Shown: positions 1 to 10,795, counted from the whole stretch's first letter. The stretch is 63,983 bases of DNA, filler included, from a bacterium (GCA_046331705.1; 3 parts of 3 records of this genome joined end to end with filler, not necessarily neighbours in it), one strand, 5' to 3'. A program made the numbers and translations. The notes: a model not told the origin generated them from the sequence alone.

Positions 1-859
1 CGGGCCACGCCGCGTGAGGCCTGTAGGCGCGGGCGGACGAGAAACGATCGATCGGCATCGCCGTGTTGATCTCGGTGGTGCCAGCGGAGGGCGCGTGCGT
101 GTCGAGAGACGACGCGGCGCGCGGCGGTTCGGATGCGGATGACGCGGCGCTGGATGTGAGCTTGCGATCGTCGAGCGTGCTGCCGGTCGAGCCGCTTCGA
201 GAGACGATCGCGCGTGGTGACGCGGCGCTCGGTTCCGAGAGCACCCCAGGCGGCGGCATCCAGCTCGGCCGGGCCGGAAGATCGAGTGGGGCGTTCGCGC
301 GGCTTTCCGGCGGAGACGGCCGCTGCTGCGGTGCCGCCGAGACCGGGCCGCCTTTGCCACCGCTCGCGTTCGCGCGCTGCTCGGCCTCGCCCGGGCGTGT
401 CTTCTCGCCGGCGGGCGCCGCGGAGCGGGGCGGGGCGGGGGGCGCTCGATCGGCTACTCGTTCCCGGAGGGCGATCTGCCGCTCGGGGGCCTCGGGAGGT
501 GCGAACCAAAGCCATCCCAGAGCGAGGCCGATGAGCAGCGTGGCGGCGAGCGCAAACGACAATCCCGCGCGGGGCTGCACTGGGCGGCGGCGTGCACGCG
601 CGATGGCCGCGAGCTCGCGCTCGGCGTTCGCGAGGATCACGCGGCGACGGTCGGCGGGAATCTCGAAGGGTGCCGACGCCGCGGGAGCGAGCTCGTGACC
701 GAGCCGACGCAGCATCGCCAGCCCCGCGCGGCAGTGCGCACATGCGCGGAGGTGCGCATGCTCGAAGTCCGTCCCCTGGCCGAGGCGGATCGCGTCGAGA
801 CGCAGCGGCCCCAGATGCTCGCCGCCGTTCGATGCGTCGGGGTGAGTCGAGTCGGTCAT
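1..859 (-). CDS. ZAS-type (zf-HC2) transmembrane anti-sigma factor, 3' end outside window
   Basis: Not in the ORF track. ATG at 859 overlaps the sigma stop (ATGA). Manual translation MTDSTHP...EHAHLRACAHC (HxxxCxxC), TM LSFALAATLLIGLALGWLWF, then a Pro/Ser-rich region open to position 1. Confidence 0.8.
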   Translation of the reverse strand, partial: MTDSTHPDASNGGEHLGPLRLDAIRLGQGTDFEHAHLRACAHCRAGLAMLRRLGHELAPAASAPFEIPADRRRVILANAERELAAIARARRRPVQPRAGLSFALAATLLIGLALGWLWFAPPEAPERQIALRERVADRAPPAPPRSAAPAGEKTRPGEAEQRANASGGKGGPVSAAPQQRPSPPESRANAPLDLPARPSWMPPPGVLSEPSAASPRAIVSRSGSTGSTLDDRKLTSSAASSASEPPRAASSLDTHAPSAGTTEINTAMPIDRFSSARAYRPHAAWP

Positions 860-1488
860 GGCGAGAGCCATGCGCGCATCGCGAGCAGCCCGTGGTGCAG
901 GCGAGATTTCACGGTGCCCTCCGGAATCGCCAGCGCCTCGGCGATTTCCTTGAGGCTGAGCCCATCGCCGAAACGCATCACCACGACCTCACGCTGCAGG
1001 TCGGGAATCGCGGCGAGGGCTCGGCGCAGGTCCGGCTGCATCCACTCCTGACTCCACGGGGTGTCGACCAACACGACGTCGCTCACGTCCACGTGGTTGC
1101 GCCGCGTGCGGTATTTCGAGATCGAAAGATGACGCACCGCCGGATAGAGGAACCCGCGCAGCGAGGTGGTGAGCGCGAGCGTCGGCAGCTTGCCCACCAA
1201 GTACTCGAAGGTCTCGCTCAGCACGTCGAGCGCATCATCGCGGTTGCCGAGGAATCGCATGGCGAGCGCCGCGACCCAGCCCGCGTGGCGGTCGAAGAGC
1301 CGCTCGAACGCGCCGGCCTCGCCGGATTGCACGGCGGCCACGAGTTCCGCGTCCGGCACCTCGACGGAGCGCAGGTCCTGGCTCGGATCGCGAGGCGGGC
1401 TTTGCTTCACGGCAGCCGTGGGTGCGGCTCGCGCCCGGTCGGCGACCCGCTCTCGGGGCGTTCTCGCCGCCCAGGTCGTCGGGGTCAC
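856..1488 (-). CDS. ECF RNA polymerase sigma factor
   Basis: DAELVAAVQSGEAGAFERLF, region 2 DALDVLSETF, region 4 GLSLKEIAEALAIPEGTVKSRLH. Start uncertain. Confidence 0.92.
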   Translation of the reverse strand: MTPTTWAARTPRERVADRARAAPTAAVKQSPPRDPSQDLRSVEVPDAELVAAVQSGEAGAFERLFDRHAGWVAALAMRFLGNRDDALDVLSETFEYLVGKLPTLALTTSLRGFLYPAVRHLSISKYRTRRNHVDVSDVVLVDTPWSQEWMQPDLRRALAAIPDLQREVVVMRFGDGLSLKEIAEALAIPEGTVKSRLHHGLLAMRAWLSP

Positions 1489-1533
1489 GACACGTGAGCG
1501 GACGAGCCCCCCGAAACGTTCAATCGGACGCGC

Positions 1534-3093
1534 TCAGCTCGATGGGCACCCTTCGGCCGGTGCGTGGACGTCGGCGACGAGCGCACGTACCAGGCCGGCG
1601 ATGGTCGACTCGGACGCCACCACGTGCACCGGCACGCCGAGCTGCCGCGCCGTCTCCGCGGTGACCGGGCCGATGCACGCGACCCGCACGCGGCCCAGGT
1701 CCACCGCGCCACCACCCATCGCCTCCACGAGATTGCGCACCGTGGACGAGCTGGTGAACGTGAGGTACTGGATGCGACCGGCGCGAAAATCGGAGAGCAG
1801 TGCTTCCACCGGTACTTGCGGGCGCACGGTCCGGTAGGCCTCGGCGATGGTGACCTGGGCGCCGGCACGTTCCAGTTCGCGCGGTAACAGGTCGCGGGCG
1901 ATGGCGGCGCGCGGGATGAGCACGCGCAGCCCCACCACCGAGCCGTGGGCTGCGCGAAACGCTTCCAAGAGCCCCTCGGCGCGGTACTCGTCGGGCACCA
2001 GGTCGACGCGGATCCGGAGCTCGCGGATCGCCTGCGCCGTCGACGAGCCGATCGCCGCGACCCGCACGCCCTTGAGCTCGCGCAGGTCCTTGCCGCGCGC
2101 GTCCAGCCGCTCGAAGAAGCAACGCACCGCGTTGGCGCTGGTGAAGACCGCCCAGTCGTACGCGGAGACCTCGTCGATCGCTCGATCGAGCGCGGCGTAC
2201 GACTCGGGCGGCGCCAGCTCGATGGTCGGGAACGTGACGGGAGTCGCACCCTCGGCCTCGAGCGCTTGCACGAGGTCGGCCGCTTGCTCGCGGGCGCGCG
2301 TGACCAGGACGCGCTGACCGAAGAGCGGTCGCGTGTCCCACCACTTGAGCTTGTCGCGCAGTCGCACCACCTCGCCGACCACCAGCACCACCGGCGGCGT
2401 CATGCCGTGGGCATCGGCCTCGGCGACGACCCGCGCCAGCGGGGCCACGAGCGTCTCTTGCTCGGGCGTGGTTCCCCAGCGGATGAGCGCCGCGGGCGTG
2501 TCGGCGCCGAACCCGCGTGCCAAGAGCGCCTCGACGTTTCGAGCGAGGTTGGAGCGGCCCATCAAGAGCACCACGGTCTCGCGGCCGGTCGCCCGCGACG
2601 CGGGTAGGGAGGAGGCTTCCAGCGCGTCCTCGCCGTCGTCGGCTTCGGCCTCGTCGCGACCGAGCGCCACCAGCAGCGACGTGGCCACGCCGCGATGGGT
2701 GGCAGGGATGCCGGCGTACGCGGGTACCGCGAGCGCGCTCGTGATGCCGGGCACGACCTCGAACGTGACGCCCGCGGCGGCCAGCGCCTCGGCCTCTTCG
2801 CCGCCACGTCCGAAGAGGAAGGGATCGCCGCCTTTGAGCCGCACCACGCGCTTGCCGGCGCGGGCGCGATCGATGAGCAGCGCTTGGATCGTCGCCTGAT
2901 CGCTACGCCCTTCCCCCGGCTTCTTGCCGACGTAGATCCGCTCGGCGCGAGCCGGGATCTCGTTCAGCAGGAACGCGCTCGCGAGATGGTCGTAGACCAC
3001 CACGTCCGCGCGGCGAAGGAGCGCGAGCCCCTTCACCGTCACCAGCCCCGGGTCACCGGGTCCAGCGCCCACCAGATGCACGATTCCGCTCAT
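1534..3093 (-). CDS. cobA-hemD: Uroporphyrinogen-III C-methyltransferase / uroporphyrinogen-III synthase fusion
   Basis: [35 protein letters not shown], then HemD domain ([33 protein letters not shown]). Start trimmed to ATG 3093. Confidence 0.95.
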   Translation of the reverse strand: MSGIVHLVGAGPGDPGLVTVKGLALLRRADVVVYDHLASAFLLNEIPARAERIYVGKKPGEGRSDQATIQALLIDRARAGKRVVRLKGGDPFLFGRGGEEAEALAAAGVTFEVVPGITSALAVPAYAGIPATHRGVATSLLVALGRDEAEADDGEDALEASSLPASRATGRETVVLLMGRSNLARNVEALLARGFGADTPAALIRWGTTPEQETLVAPLARVVAEADAHGMTPPVVLVVGEVVRLRDKLKWWDTRPLFGQRVLVTRAREQAADLVQALEAEGATPVTFPTIELAPPESYAALDRAIDEVSAYDWAVFTSANAVRCFFERLDARGKDLRELKGVRVAAIGSSTAQAIRELRIRVDLVPDEYRAEGLLEAFRAAHGSVVGLRVLIPRAAIARDLLPRELERAGAQVTIAEAYRTVRPQVPVEALLSDFRAGRIQYLTFTSSSTVRNLVEAMGGGAVDLGRVRVACIGPVTAETARQLGVPVHVVASESTIAGLVRALVADVHAPAEGCPSS

Positions 3094-3589
3094 GCCGATG
3101 CTCACGCCACGACGGGCGATGGGATCTCGCTTTCCGGCACGCCTCGTCGGTGGCCCCAAGTGCGAGGCGATCCGAGCGCTAGCGTCCTCGTTCAGGCCCC
3201 CTCGAACCCCGGCTTTTCCCCGGGACTTCCCTCTCCAAGCCGGTGTCCGCCCCCTCCAAGGCCGCGGGCCCCGCTCGGGCCGAGCGGCACCCCGACGGGC
3301 CGGCAGACCTCGACCATCCTGGCGAGTCCGCCCGGCCCGTGCAACCGGACGCTGCGAGCACCGGCCGCGCGCGGAGCCACCCCGCTCGCTGCGCGACTCG
3401 GCCACGTTCCGCTCACCGAGGCGTGCGCTGGTCGAGGTCGGTCGGTCGCATTCGTCGTGAGCGCGGAGGGTCGGACGGGCGGCGATGGGGCGCGCTGCGA
3501 GTCGGGTCGTCGTACGCGTCGAGGGACCACCACGCCGAGCGGTAGCTCTCCGCGAAGCCCGCGCCGGCGCGGTGAGGCTACGCCCTGCC

Positions 3590-4981
3590 TCACTCGGTCT
3601 TGCACTCGTACGATTTCTTGAAACCCCAGCCCGCGTAGCTCTTTCCACCCTGCTCGACGTAAACCTTCGTCCAGCTGGGATTGCTCGCGTCGTCGCTGAC
3701 CGTGAGCTCGGTGCCCTTGGGGAACGTCTTGATTGCCTTGGCGTCCCGACTGCCGCTCGCGCGAACCGTCATGCTGTCGATCGTCACGCAACGAGGCGTG
3801 GCGGTAGGCGCTGGCCCGGGCGGTGCCTCGGTGCCGCACGCGACCTTGATCGGGCAAACGTCCTTGGATGTGCTCGTGATGAGGTCGCCCGCCGAGAAGC
3901 TCTCCTGGAAATCACCCAGCTCGCGCTTGTCCAAGAGTTTCGCATGAGCGGCGACCGCCTCGGCGTCGCTTGGGTCGAGATCCACGGCTCTCCCCATGAG
4001 CTGCGTCGCCTCTCGATGGCAGCCCTTCAGGTCCTTCACGACGGCGAGGTTGTAATAGTCGGCAGCCGTCGCCTGGCTCTCCTTCACGGCCTCCTCGAGC
4101 GTCTTCTCCGCCTGATCCCAGTTGCAGTTCATCGCATAGCCGATGCCCAGCTCTCCCTTGGGCGTCGACGCGCTCTTGATTCCGATGGATCCCTTTTGCA
4201 TGTGAGGTTGAATCTTCTTGAGAAACCTTTCGACCGATTGCTCGGCGAGCCCATCGAGGATGCCGACCTCGGTAGGAAGCTGCGACACTTTGTGGACGAC
4301 CGGACTCTTGTCCTTTGCGCCCTGACCAAGGAGCGCGCCGACTCCACTGTTCACGGCGTTACCGATACCCACGGCTGCCGCATCGCCCGAGATCAGCACC
4401 TCCCAGGTGCCGGTCTCGTTCGTCGACTGCGCCACGATCGTCTTCAGCGTGCCGCACGGTGAGTCTGGGCGGACGTCAACCATCTTGAAGTTGACGGTCA
4501 GATCACCGGTTCGAAGGCGGTACTTGTTCAGCACGTACCGGCCGGTCTTGTCGTCGACCACGATCTTGTCGTCACGCTCGGAATCCGTCAGCGTAGCGGC
4601 CGTGATGTCCCCGAAGATGATGCCTTCGAGGCCGGCGCCTTGGAGTGCCGCGAGCGATCGCTGGGTGAGTGATCCCTTGTCGTGAAATTGCTCGATCTCA
4701 CGTGCGATCTTGCCGAGCTCTTCGGAGTCGCGCGCGAAGAACTCGAGCTGCTTCTCGTTCGCGATTCCCTGGGTGAGCTTGCCGACGATCGTCGATGCAA
4801 GCGTAGGTGCAACCTTGTTCGCGGACGTCTTGAACGAGCCGATGCCGACCTTGCTGATCCCGCAGATGTCGACTTCACCACTTTGAAGCTTTTGCACCTG
4901 AATCTTCTTGGCACATCCGCTCGCCATCGGAGCGGTGACGAGGCCGATCAGTACCAGGGAAAGGAGGCAGGGGGATCGCAT
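3590..4981 (-). CDS. Lipoprotein: CsgG/LpoB-like domain, TPR repeats, C-terminal SH3b-like domain
   Basis: Lipobox MASGC, TPR-like YYNLAVVKDLKG..EA..LMGRAVDLDP, Pro-rich linker, SH3b-like MTVRASGS...KGTELTV...WTKV...GW. GGAG upstream. Confidence 0.65.
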   Translation of the reverse strand: MRSPCLLSLVLIGLVTAPMASGCAKKIQVQKLQSGEVDICGISKVGIGSFKTSANKVAPTLASTIVGKLTQGIANEKQLEFFARDSEELGKIAREIEQFHDKGSLTQRSLAALQGAGLEGIIFGDITAATLTDSERDDKIVVDDKTGRYVLNKYRLRTGDLTVNFKMVDVRPDSPCGTLKTIVAQSTNETGTWEVLISGDAAAVGIGNAVNSGVGALLGQGAKDKSPVVHKVSQLPTEVGILDGLAEQSVERFLKKIQPHMQKGSIGIKSASTPKGELGIGYAMNCNWDQAEKTLEEAVKESQATAADYYNLAVVKDLKGCHREATQLMGRAVDLDPSDAEAVAAHAKLLDKRELGDFQESFSAGDLITSTSKDVCPIKVACGTEAPPGPAPTATPRCVTIDSMTVRASGSRDAKAIKTFPKGTELTVSDDASNPSWTKVYVEQGGKSYAGWGFKKSYECKTE

Positions 4982-5431
4982 GGTCTCCTCGAAGGTCGAT
5001 CACGCCGTGCGGAGATCGATCGATGATTCACTCGATGACGTCGCCCTCGGAACGTTGCCCTCGCCTGACCACGGGAACTTGCTCTCCGGTGCGCTTCGTC
5101 GGCAGCCGGGCATTCCGGGCGATCCGAGCGTCTCCGAGCTCGCTCACGCCGCTTCCGATGCCAGTTTCCCCCCACGGAACTTCCCCGTTCAAGCCGACGT
5201 TCACTCCTTTCGAGGCCCCAGCGTCGACGCGGGCCCGGCAGGTCGGTCGCGTGACTCCGCCAGGTGCTCCACTCGCCCGGTCCGGTGCGGGTCTCCTCGC
5301 TCGAGCAGCACCGATGGCGTCGAGTCCCGTGTGAAGCGGGTCGCCTCGCAAGGTGACGACGCGAAGGGCCGTGCGGGCGTCCGATCGGGCGCGAGTCGTG
5401 GGCAACTCGGCGCGTCGCGGAGCGCGCGGGC

Positions 5432-6682
5432 TCAGGGAGCCGTCGCGCTCCAGTTGCCCGTGTTTCCCCACTCGAAGCCGTCGGCGAAGAGATCCCAAGC
5501 CACGCGCGCGAACACGTTGGCTGGCAAGCCGGAAATCTGCCGCAGCCAGCCAACCAGCCAGCCGGACTCGGAGCCGGCGACTGCGGCGTAGAAGTCTTCC
5601 AGTGGATCAGCAGGCTGGCTCACGAAGACGCCGTTCCCGAGCGCTCCCGTGGCCAGCAGGCGCTTGCCGACCAACTCGCGCGGCGCCGTGAGCGCCTCCC
5701 ACACCACGAGGTAGTCGACTCCACCGCTCATACAAGCGACGTCCGGGCGGACGTCTCGTCCGAGGAGGCTCCCGAACGACTTCGGATCCTGCCAGAACGA
5801 TCCATCACCCTGAAGGAAGCGCCCGTAGACATCCTCGTTCGGGGGATCGACCGTGTCGTTGTAGCTTTCCCACACCACCAGGAACTGCCAGTTCTCGCAG
5901 CTCGCCACAGCGGGCCTGGTCTCCGCTGCCGGCCAGCCGGCGACGGTGATCTCGGAACCCATCGAGCCGGTGGTGCTCACCAGCTTTCCCAGGACGTCGA
6001 AGGTGTTGTCGTAGACCACCAGGAACTTGTTCCCGAACGGTTCCCAGGCGATGTCCGAGAACCAGCGATGCTCGCTCGAGTGGCTCGCCACGGTGAAAGA
6101 GGGCTCCAGCGCTCCGAAGGCCACCAGCGCGCCCTGCACCTTCCAGTAGTCACTGTCCCAGTCGTCCCAGGTCACGAGGAACTTCTCGCTCACCCAGGAA
6201 AAGGCCACCGCGGGCCTTTGCTCGTCATGGGTGGTGTCCTCCACCACGAATTCGTCCCATCCGGGGAAGACGCCGCTCCAGTTCAGGAGCCGCCCGTAAA
6301 TGTCCCAGTCGCTGCCATCGCCGTTGTAGTCGTACTCGTACACGACCAGGAATCGGTCCCCCTCGCCGTCGTAGGCGACGGCGGGATTCCTTCGGGCGTG
6401 GCCGCCCGGGGGGGCGACGTCGAACGCGGCTCCCTTGGGAAACCCGTGCCGATCGAGAAGGCGAGCATGGATTCCGTTCGGTGCCGGCGGGAAGTCTTCG
6501 CCCCATACCACCAGGTACTCGTCGTGGTTGAAGTCGTACGCCACGTCGACCCAGCGCTCGTCCGGGGATGCGATCGAGATCGTCACCTCGGGCGCCATCG
6601 CCTGATCGGCTGCCACCCCCGGCACCCAGAAGCCAGCGAGCAGAATGAATAGCGTGATCGCGCGCGCTCCGGCTCGTCGCAT
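5432..6682 (-). CDS. Secreted repeat (beta-propeller-like) protein with C-terminal FADGFE motif
   Basis: AGGAGG RBS, signal peptide MRRAGARAITLFILLAGFWVPGVAA, seven PxVA...[FY]LVV[WY] repeats, ends LFADGFEWGNTGNWSATAP. Confidence 0.75.
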   Translation of the reverse strand: MRRAGARAITLFILLAGFWVPGVAADQAMAPEVTISIASPDERWVDVAYDFNHDEYLVVWGEDFPPAPNGIHARLLDRHGFPKGAAFDVAPPGGHARRNPAVAYDGEGDRFLVVYEYDYNGDGSDWDIYGRLLNWSGVFPGWDEFVVEDTTHDEQRPAVAFSWVSEKFLVTWDDWDSDYWKVQGALVAFGALEPSFTVASHSSEHRWFSDIAWEPFGNKFLVVYDNTFDVLGKLVSTTGSMGSEITVAGWPAAETRPAVASCENWQFLVVWESYNDTVDPPNEDVYGRFLQGDGSFWQDPKSFGSLLGRDVRPDVACMSGGVDYLVVWEALTAPRELVGKRLLATGALGNGVFVSQPADPLEDFYAAVAGSESGWLVGWLRQISGLPANVFARVAWDLFADGFEWGNTGNWSATAP

Positions 6683-7050
6683 CGTCGCCCTCCTGCCGAC
6701 CACGACGAGACGATCGCGCCGCCGAATCGCGGCCTGGCACGACCAATTCCCCTCAAGACTCATGCCAGAATCGAGGGCGAACCCGACCCGCGCGTGTCGA
6801 ACCGCGGTGGCGAGGTTTTCGGTTTGTCGTGCGCGAGTGCTCACCGGCGGCCGCGTGATCGGCCTCACATGCGCCGGGCGAACGCGCGAACGAGGGTCGG
6901 CGCGGTGTTACCTGCCGAGTGCGCCGCGGGAAGGCGCGCGCGGAAGAGGGGCGCGCCACGGTGACATCGCCACGCGGCCGCGCCGTGTGGCTGACCCCGC
7001 GCGGCTTGGCTCGCGGGCGAGATGAGCCGCCGTCGTCGTGGCGCAGGCGC

Positions 7051-7971
7051 TCACGCGAGCGCGTTCAGGGTCCAGTCGTAGCGGCGGTGCGTGAGCGCGA
7101 AGCGGTGCTGGAAGGCACGTTCGAGCGCGCCGCGCAGCGCTCCTTCGGCGTGGGCGAGCAGGAACTGCCGAACGCCCGCCTCGCCGCCGAAGTCGCGGGC
7201 GTAATAGCGATACAGGATCGAGACGCGCACCGCGCGCGCGGCGTCGTCGATCTCGGTGTCGTTCGCGACGAAGGTGCTCGCGGCGAGGGCGAGCTGCTCG
7301 TCGATCCGCTCGCCGTCGTAGAAGGCGATCGGCGGGCAGGCGCGCGCAGCGCACACCAGCGCCGCGTGGATGCGCGCGTCCACCTCCGGCAGGGCGAGCG
7401 CCAGGCGTGGATCGTGGGGTGCGAAGGGTCGCATCCCCGTCGCGGGATGCGGCGCGTTGCAGCGCAGGATTCCGTTCTCGATCTCGTCGGGGGTGAAGAG
7501 CAGATCGCCGACACGATAGGCGACCGTGGCGAAGAAGGAGGGCACCTCCATCACCGAGCGCTCGATGGCGAGCGCCACCACGCCGTGGATCACCAGCACG
7601 TTGTAGAGGTTGATCCAGAACGCTCGCGCGGAGCCGTCGCGCGGCAGCTCCGGCAGGTGCAGCGCAGCCAGCAGCTGGCTGGTCTCCGCGAGCGCGGCGA
7701 ACGTGGGCGAGCGCCCGAGGCGCGCGTAGCTCACGCCTCGCCCGCGCTCGTCGATGGCTTCGGCTTCGAGTCGGCGCGCCATGGAGCGCAACGCCATGGC
7801 GATCTCGGCCGCGGGCCGCGGTGTGACCGCGCCGTCGCCGCCGTTGAGGATGCGGCGCGCCAGCAACGACGCGGGAACCAGCGCCTTGGCGGCCTCGAGC
7901 GGCGAACGCGCACGGCGCAGGATGTCGGCGCCGTCGCGCACGCCGCGCACCACGTCGCCGAGCCTGCTCAT
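7051..7971 (-). CDS. DUF547 domain protein
   Basis: AFWINLYN..VIHG, IENGILR, DARIHAALVCAARACPPI, QLALAA..F, YDWTLN. Confidence 0.85.
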   Translation of the reverse strand: MSRLGDVVRGVRDGADILRRARSPLEAAKALVPASLLARRILNGGDGAVTPRPAAEIAMALRSMARRLEAEAIDERGRGVSYARLGRSPTFAALAETSQLLAALHLPELPRDGSARAFWINLYNVLVIHGVVALAIERSVMEVPSFFATVAYRVGDLLFTPDEIENGILRCNAPHPATGMRPFAPHDPRLALALPEVDARIHAALVCAARACPPIAFYDGERIDEQLALAASTFVANDTEIDDAARAVRVSILYRYYARDFGGEAGVRQFLLAHAEGALRGALERAFQHRFALTHRRYDWTLNALA

Positions 7972-7987
7972 CGGGCAGCCCGAGCGC

Positions 7988-8938
7988 TCAGCAGGGAAAG
8001 AGCGTGGGGCGCGCGGTGGGCAGCACTCCGCGGCGCGCTTCCACCGGTGTGAGCTTGGCCTCGACCGTGCCGCACGAGTCGCCGGACATGTCCGGGTTCT
8101 TGCACTGGCAGACGCCCACCTGGATGCCGACCCGTTCGGCCGCCTGCCGGAAGCGCAGGTAGCCCTCTTCGCGGTATGCGCGCGGCAGAAGCTTCACCTC
8201 GGTGGGGGTGCCGGAGGGCATCCACGGCTGGGTGCGGTACGTCTCGTCGATCAGGCGCTTGGTTTCGCTGGGAACCACCCGTGCAAGCAGCTCGTGGATC
8301 GCGGGGCGCAGGTGGACGTAGCTCAGGACCACGCGCTTGACGCGCGCCTGGTGCAACGTGTCGAGCATCTCGGTGACGACGCTCTCGGTGTCGGTGAGGC
8401 CGGGGATGATGGGGTCGATGCGTACGTCCGCGAGCGCTTCCAGCTCGGTCAGCGCCGCGATCGTGTCCAGTCGATCCATCGGCGTCGCCGCGCCCGCCTC
8501 GAAGAGCGCGGCCAGCGTCGACTGACTGGTGATCCATCCCACGTGGCCGCGGATGCGGCCGCGGTTGGTCGCGAACAGGTCGACGAACCGGCGCGTGAGC
8601 GTGCCGCGCGTGAAGAAGCTCAAGCCGATCCTGCGCTCGAGCAAGGTGCGAAACAGGCGATACGCCGTGTCCTGGGCGCGCGGCTCGTTGGGGAACGCAT
8701 CCACGTCGGGATCGATCATCACGTGGGTGATGGGCGGAGCCGAGCGTGGTTGCTGTCCGAGCGCCCAGGTGATGCGCTCGATGGCGTTCTCGATGGGCTC
8801 GGCTTGGCTCGGCGGGTCGATCTGCTCGTGCCCGCGCTGGTAGCAGGCGGCGCAGCGCGCCGTGCACCCCGTGAGGTAACGCACGGTCGGCGCGCCGTTG
8901 AGGCACGCGTAAGCGGGGCGCTCGAGAAGCGTCGTCAT
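7988..8938 (-). CDS. Radical SAM protein, spore-photoproduct-lyase-like (Rv2578c/PA0069 type)
   Basis: GCTARCAACY (CX3CX2C), GAATPMDRL, RIDPIIPGLTD, extra C-terminal CQCKNPDMSGDSC. Confidence 0.75.
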   Translation of the reverse strand: MTTLLERPAYACLNGAPTVRYLTGCTARCAACYQRGHEQIDPPSQAEPIENAIERITWALGQQPRSAPPITHVMIDPDVDAFPNEPRAQDTAYRLFRTLLERRIGLSFFTRGTLTRRFVDLFATNRGRIRGHVGWITSQSTLAALFEAGAATPMDRLDTIAALTELEALADVRIDPIIPGLTDTESVVTEMLDTLHQARVKRVVLSYVHLRPAIHELLARVVPSETKRLIDETYRTQPWMPSGTPTEVKLLPRAYREEGYLRFRQAAERVGIQVGVCQCKNPDMSGDSCGTVEAKLTPVEARRGVLPTARPTLFPC

Positions 8939-9143
8939 GGGCGAGGCGCGGGAAGCGGCGCCGGCGAGCTGGAGATCGAGCGCGGCAACCTGCCCGCGCC
9001 CGGGAGGGGCGTCAAGCGGCCTCGGCGGTGCCGCGCGAGCGAGGAGGTGGTCGAATCGCGCGGGATCGCATTAACTGCCGCGGTTGACTCGCGACCGCCG
9101 CCGCTCACCGGCAACCGCGGCGCGCGTCCGCCGGAGGCCCGTC

Positions 9144-10121
9144 ATGGCATTCCCCATCCACCGCCCGCGACGTCTGCGGCGCACGTCCGCGCTGCGCGAC
9201 CTGGTGCGGGAGACGCAGCTCGATCCCGCCGACTTCGTCTATCCGCTCTTCGTCCAGCACGGATCGGGCCTCTGCGAGCCGGTCCCGTCGATGCCAGGCG
9301 TGAATCGCTTTTCCGTGGACACGCTCGTGGAGGAGGCTCGCGGCGCGTTCGCCGAAGGGGTGCCGGCCGTGATCCTGTTCGGCATTCCCGAGCGCAAGGA
9401 CGCGCGCGGCTCGGAGGCCTACGACGATCAGGGCATCGTGGCGCTGGCGGTTCGCGCGCTCAAGTCCGCGCTTCCCGAGCTGGTGGTGATGACGGACGTG
9501 TGCCTGTGCGAGTACACGAGCCACGGCCATTGCGGTGTGCTCGCGGGAGAGTCCGTCGACAACGACCCGACGCTCGAGCTCCTCGCCCGCGAGGCGGTCT
9601 GTCACGCGCGCGCCGGCGCCGACGTGGTCGCGCCCTCCGACATGATGGACGGGCGGGTGGGCGCCATTCGCGCGGCGCTCGACCGCGAGGGCTTCCACGA
9701 GGTCCCGATCCTCTCGTACGCCGCCAAGTACGCATCCGGCTACTACGGACCGTTCCGCGACGCCGCCGATTCGACGCCCGCGTTCGGCGATCGCCGCAGC
9801 TACCAGATGGACCCGGGCAACGGTCGCGAGGCGCTGCGCGAGGTGGACCTCGACCTCGCCGAGGGCGCGGACATGGTCATGGTGAAGCCGGCGCTGGCCT
9901 ACCTGGACGTCATCCGGGCGGTGCGCGAGCGTGTCAACGTGCCGGTCGCCGCGTACAACGTGAGCGGTGAATACTCGCTGGTGAAGGCGGCGGCGCAGCA
10001 GGGGTGGGTGGACGGCGACCGTGTGATGATGGAGAACCTGACGGCCATCAAGCGCGCCGGCGCGGACCTGATCCTGACCTATCACGCACGCGAGGCCGCG
10101 CGAATTCTGGGTGGCGGCTGA
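9144..10121 (+). CDS. hemB: Porphobilinogen synthase (Zn-type)
   Basis: [59 protein letters not shown] before ATG 9144. Confidence 0.97.
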   Translation: MAFPIHRPRRLRRTSALRDLVRETQLDPADFVYPLFVQHGSGLCEPVPSMPGVNRFSVDTLVEEARGAFAEGVPAVILFGIPERKDARGSEAYDDQGIVALAVRALKSALPELVVMTDVCLCEYTSHGHCGVLAGESVDNDPTLELLAREAVCHARAGADVVAPSDMMDGRVGAIRAALDREGFHEVPILSYAAKYASGYYGPFRDAADSTPAFGDRRSYQMDPGNGREALREVDLDLAEGADMVMVKPALAYLDVIRAVRERVNVPVAAYNVSGEYSLVKAAAQQGWVDGDRVMMENLTAIKRAGADLILTYHAREAARILGGG

Positions 10122-10740
10122 GCGGCCGCGCACCCGTCGATCCACGTACCCAGCCATGACGCGCGACTTTCGCGACGAATCCGAGGCCGAGCTGATCCGC
10201 CTCGCCCAGGCGGGCGAGCGGGGCGCGTTCGACGTGCTCGTGGAGCGCTACCAGAAGCGCGTCTACGCGGTGGCGTTCGGGATGGTTTCGGATCCGGAGC
10301 ACGCGCTCGACGTCACCCAGGAAGCGTTCATCAAGGCCTATCAATCGCTCGGCAGCTTCGTGGGGCGCTCGAACTTCTACACGTGGCTCTACCGCATCAC
10401 GTTCAACTCGGCGATCGACTTCATCCGCCGCGAGCAGCGCGACAAATCGGTGAGTTACGAAGAGGGAGCCGAGCTCGACGCCAGCTCCACCGGCGGCGAT
10501 TCGTTGCTGCACCGGTTGCCCAGCCCGGATAGCACCGTGCGCCGCAGCGAGCTTCGAGACGCCGTTTTGAAGGCCATCGAGACGTTGCCGGAGGAACAGC
10601 GCGCTGCCATTTTGCTGCGCGAGGTCGAGGGCCTTTCCTACAAGGAAATCGCGGACGTACTGAAGTGCTCGAAGGGCACCGTGATGAGCCGGTTGCATTA
10701 CGCCCGCCACAAGCTGCAGAAGTTGCTCCGCGATCGCTGA
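10111..10740 (+). CDS. ECF sigma factor, RpoE-like
   Basis: [38 protein letters not shown]...[11 protein letters not shown]. Start GTG 10111 (overlapping hemB) or ATG 10156. Confidence 0.93.
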   Translation: MAAERPRTRRSTYPAMTRDFRDESEAELIRLAQAGERGAFDVLVERYQKRVYAVAFGMVSDPEHALDVTQEAFIKAYQSLGSFVGRSNFYTWLYRITFNSAIDFIRREQRDKSVSYEEGAELDASSTGGDSLLHRLPSPDSTVRRSELRDAVLKAIETLPEEQRAAILLREVEGLSYKEIADVLKCSKGTVMSRLHYARHKLQKLLRDR

Positions 10741-10767
10741 GTCGGGTGGCGCCGGCGTGGAACGCTC

Positions 10768-10795
10768 GAATATTCCTGGCCTCCGCCACGTCCAA
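10768..10795 (+). promoter_or_regulatory. Possible ECF-type promoter ahead of the anti-sigma gene
   Basis: GAATA-N17-GTCCAA resembles the RpoE-type GAAC...GTCnAA pattern and lies in the 121-nt gap between sigma and anti-sigma. Confidence 0.35.

Noticed and set aside
3190..3320. Possible cobalamin riboswitch upstream of cobA-hemD (minus strand GAGGGAAGTCCCGGGGAAAAGCCGGG)
   Set aside because: Only the GGGAA plus hairpin part resembles it; the CCCGC-ACTGT core and downstream B12 box are not visible. An Rfam scan would settle it.
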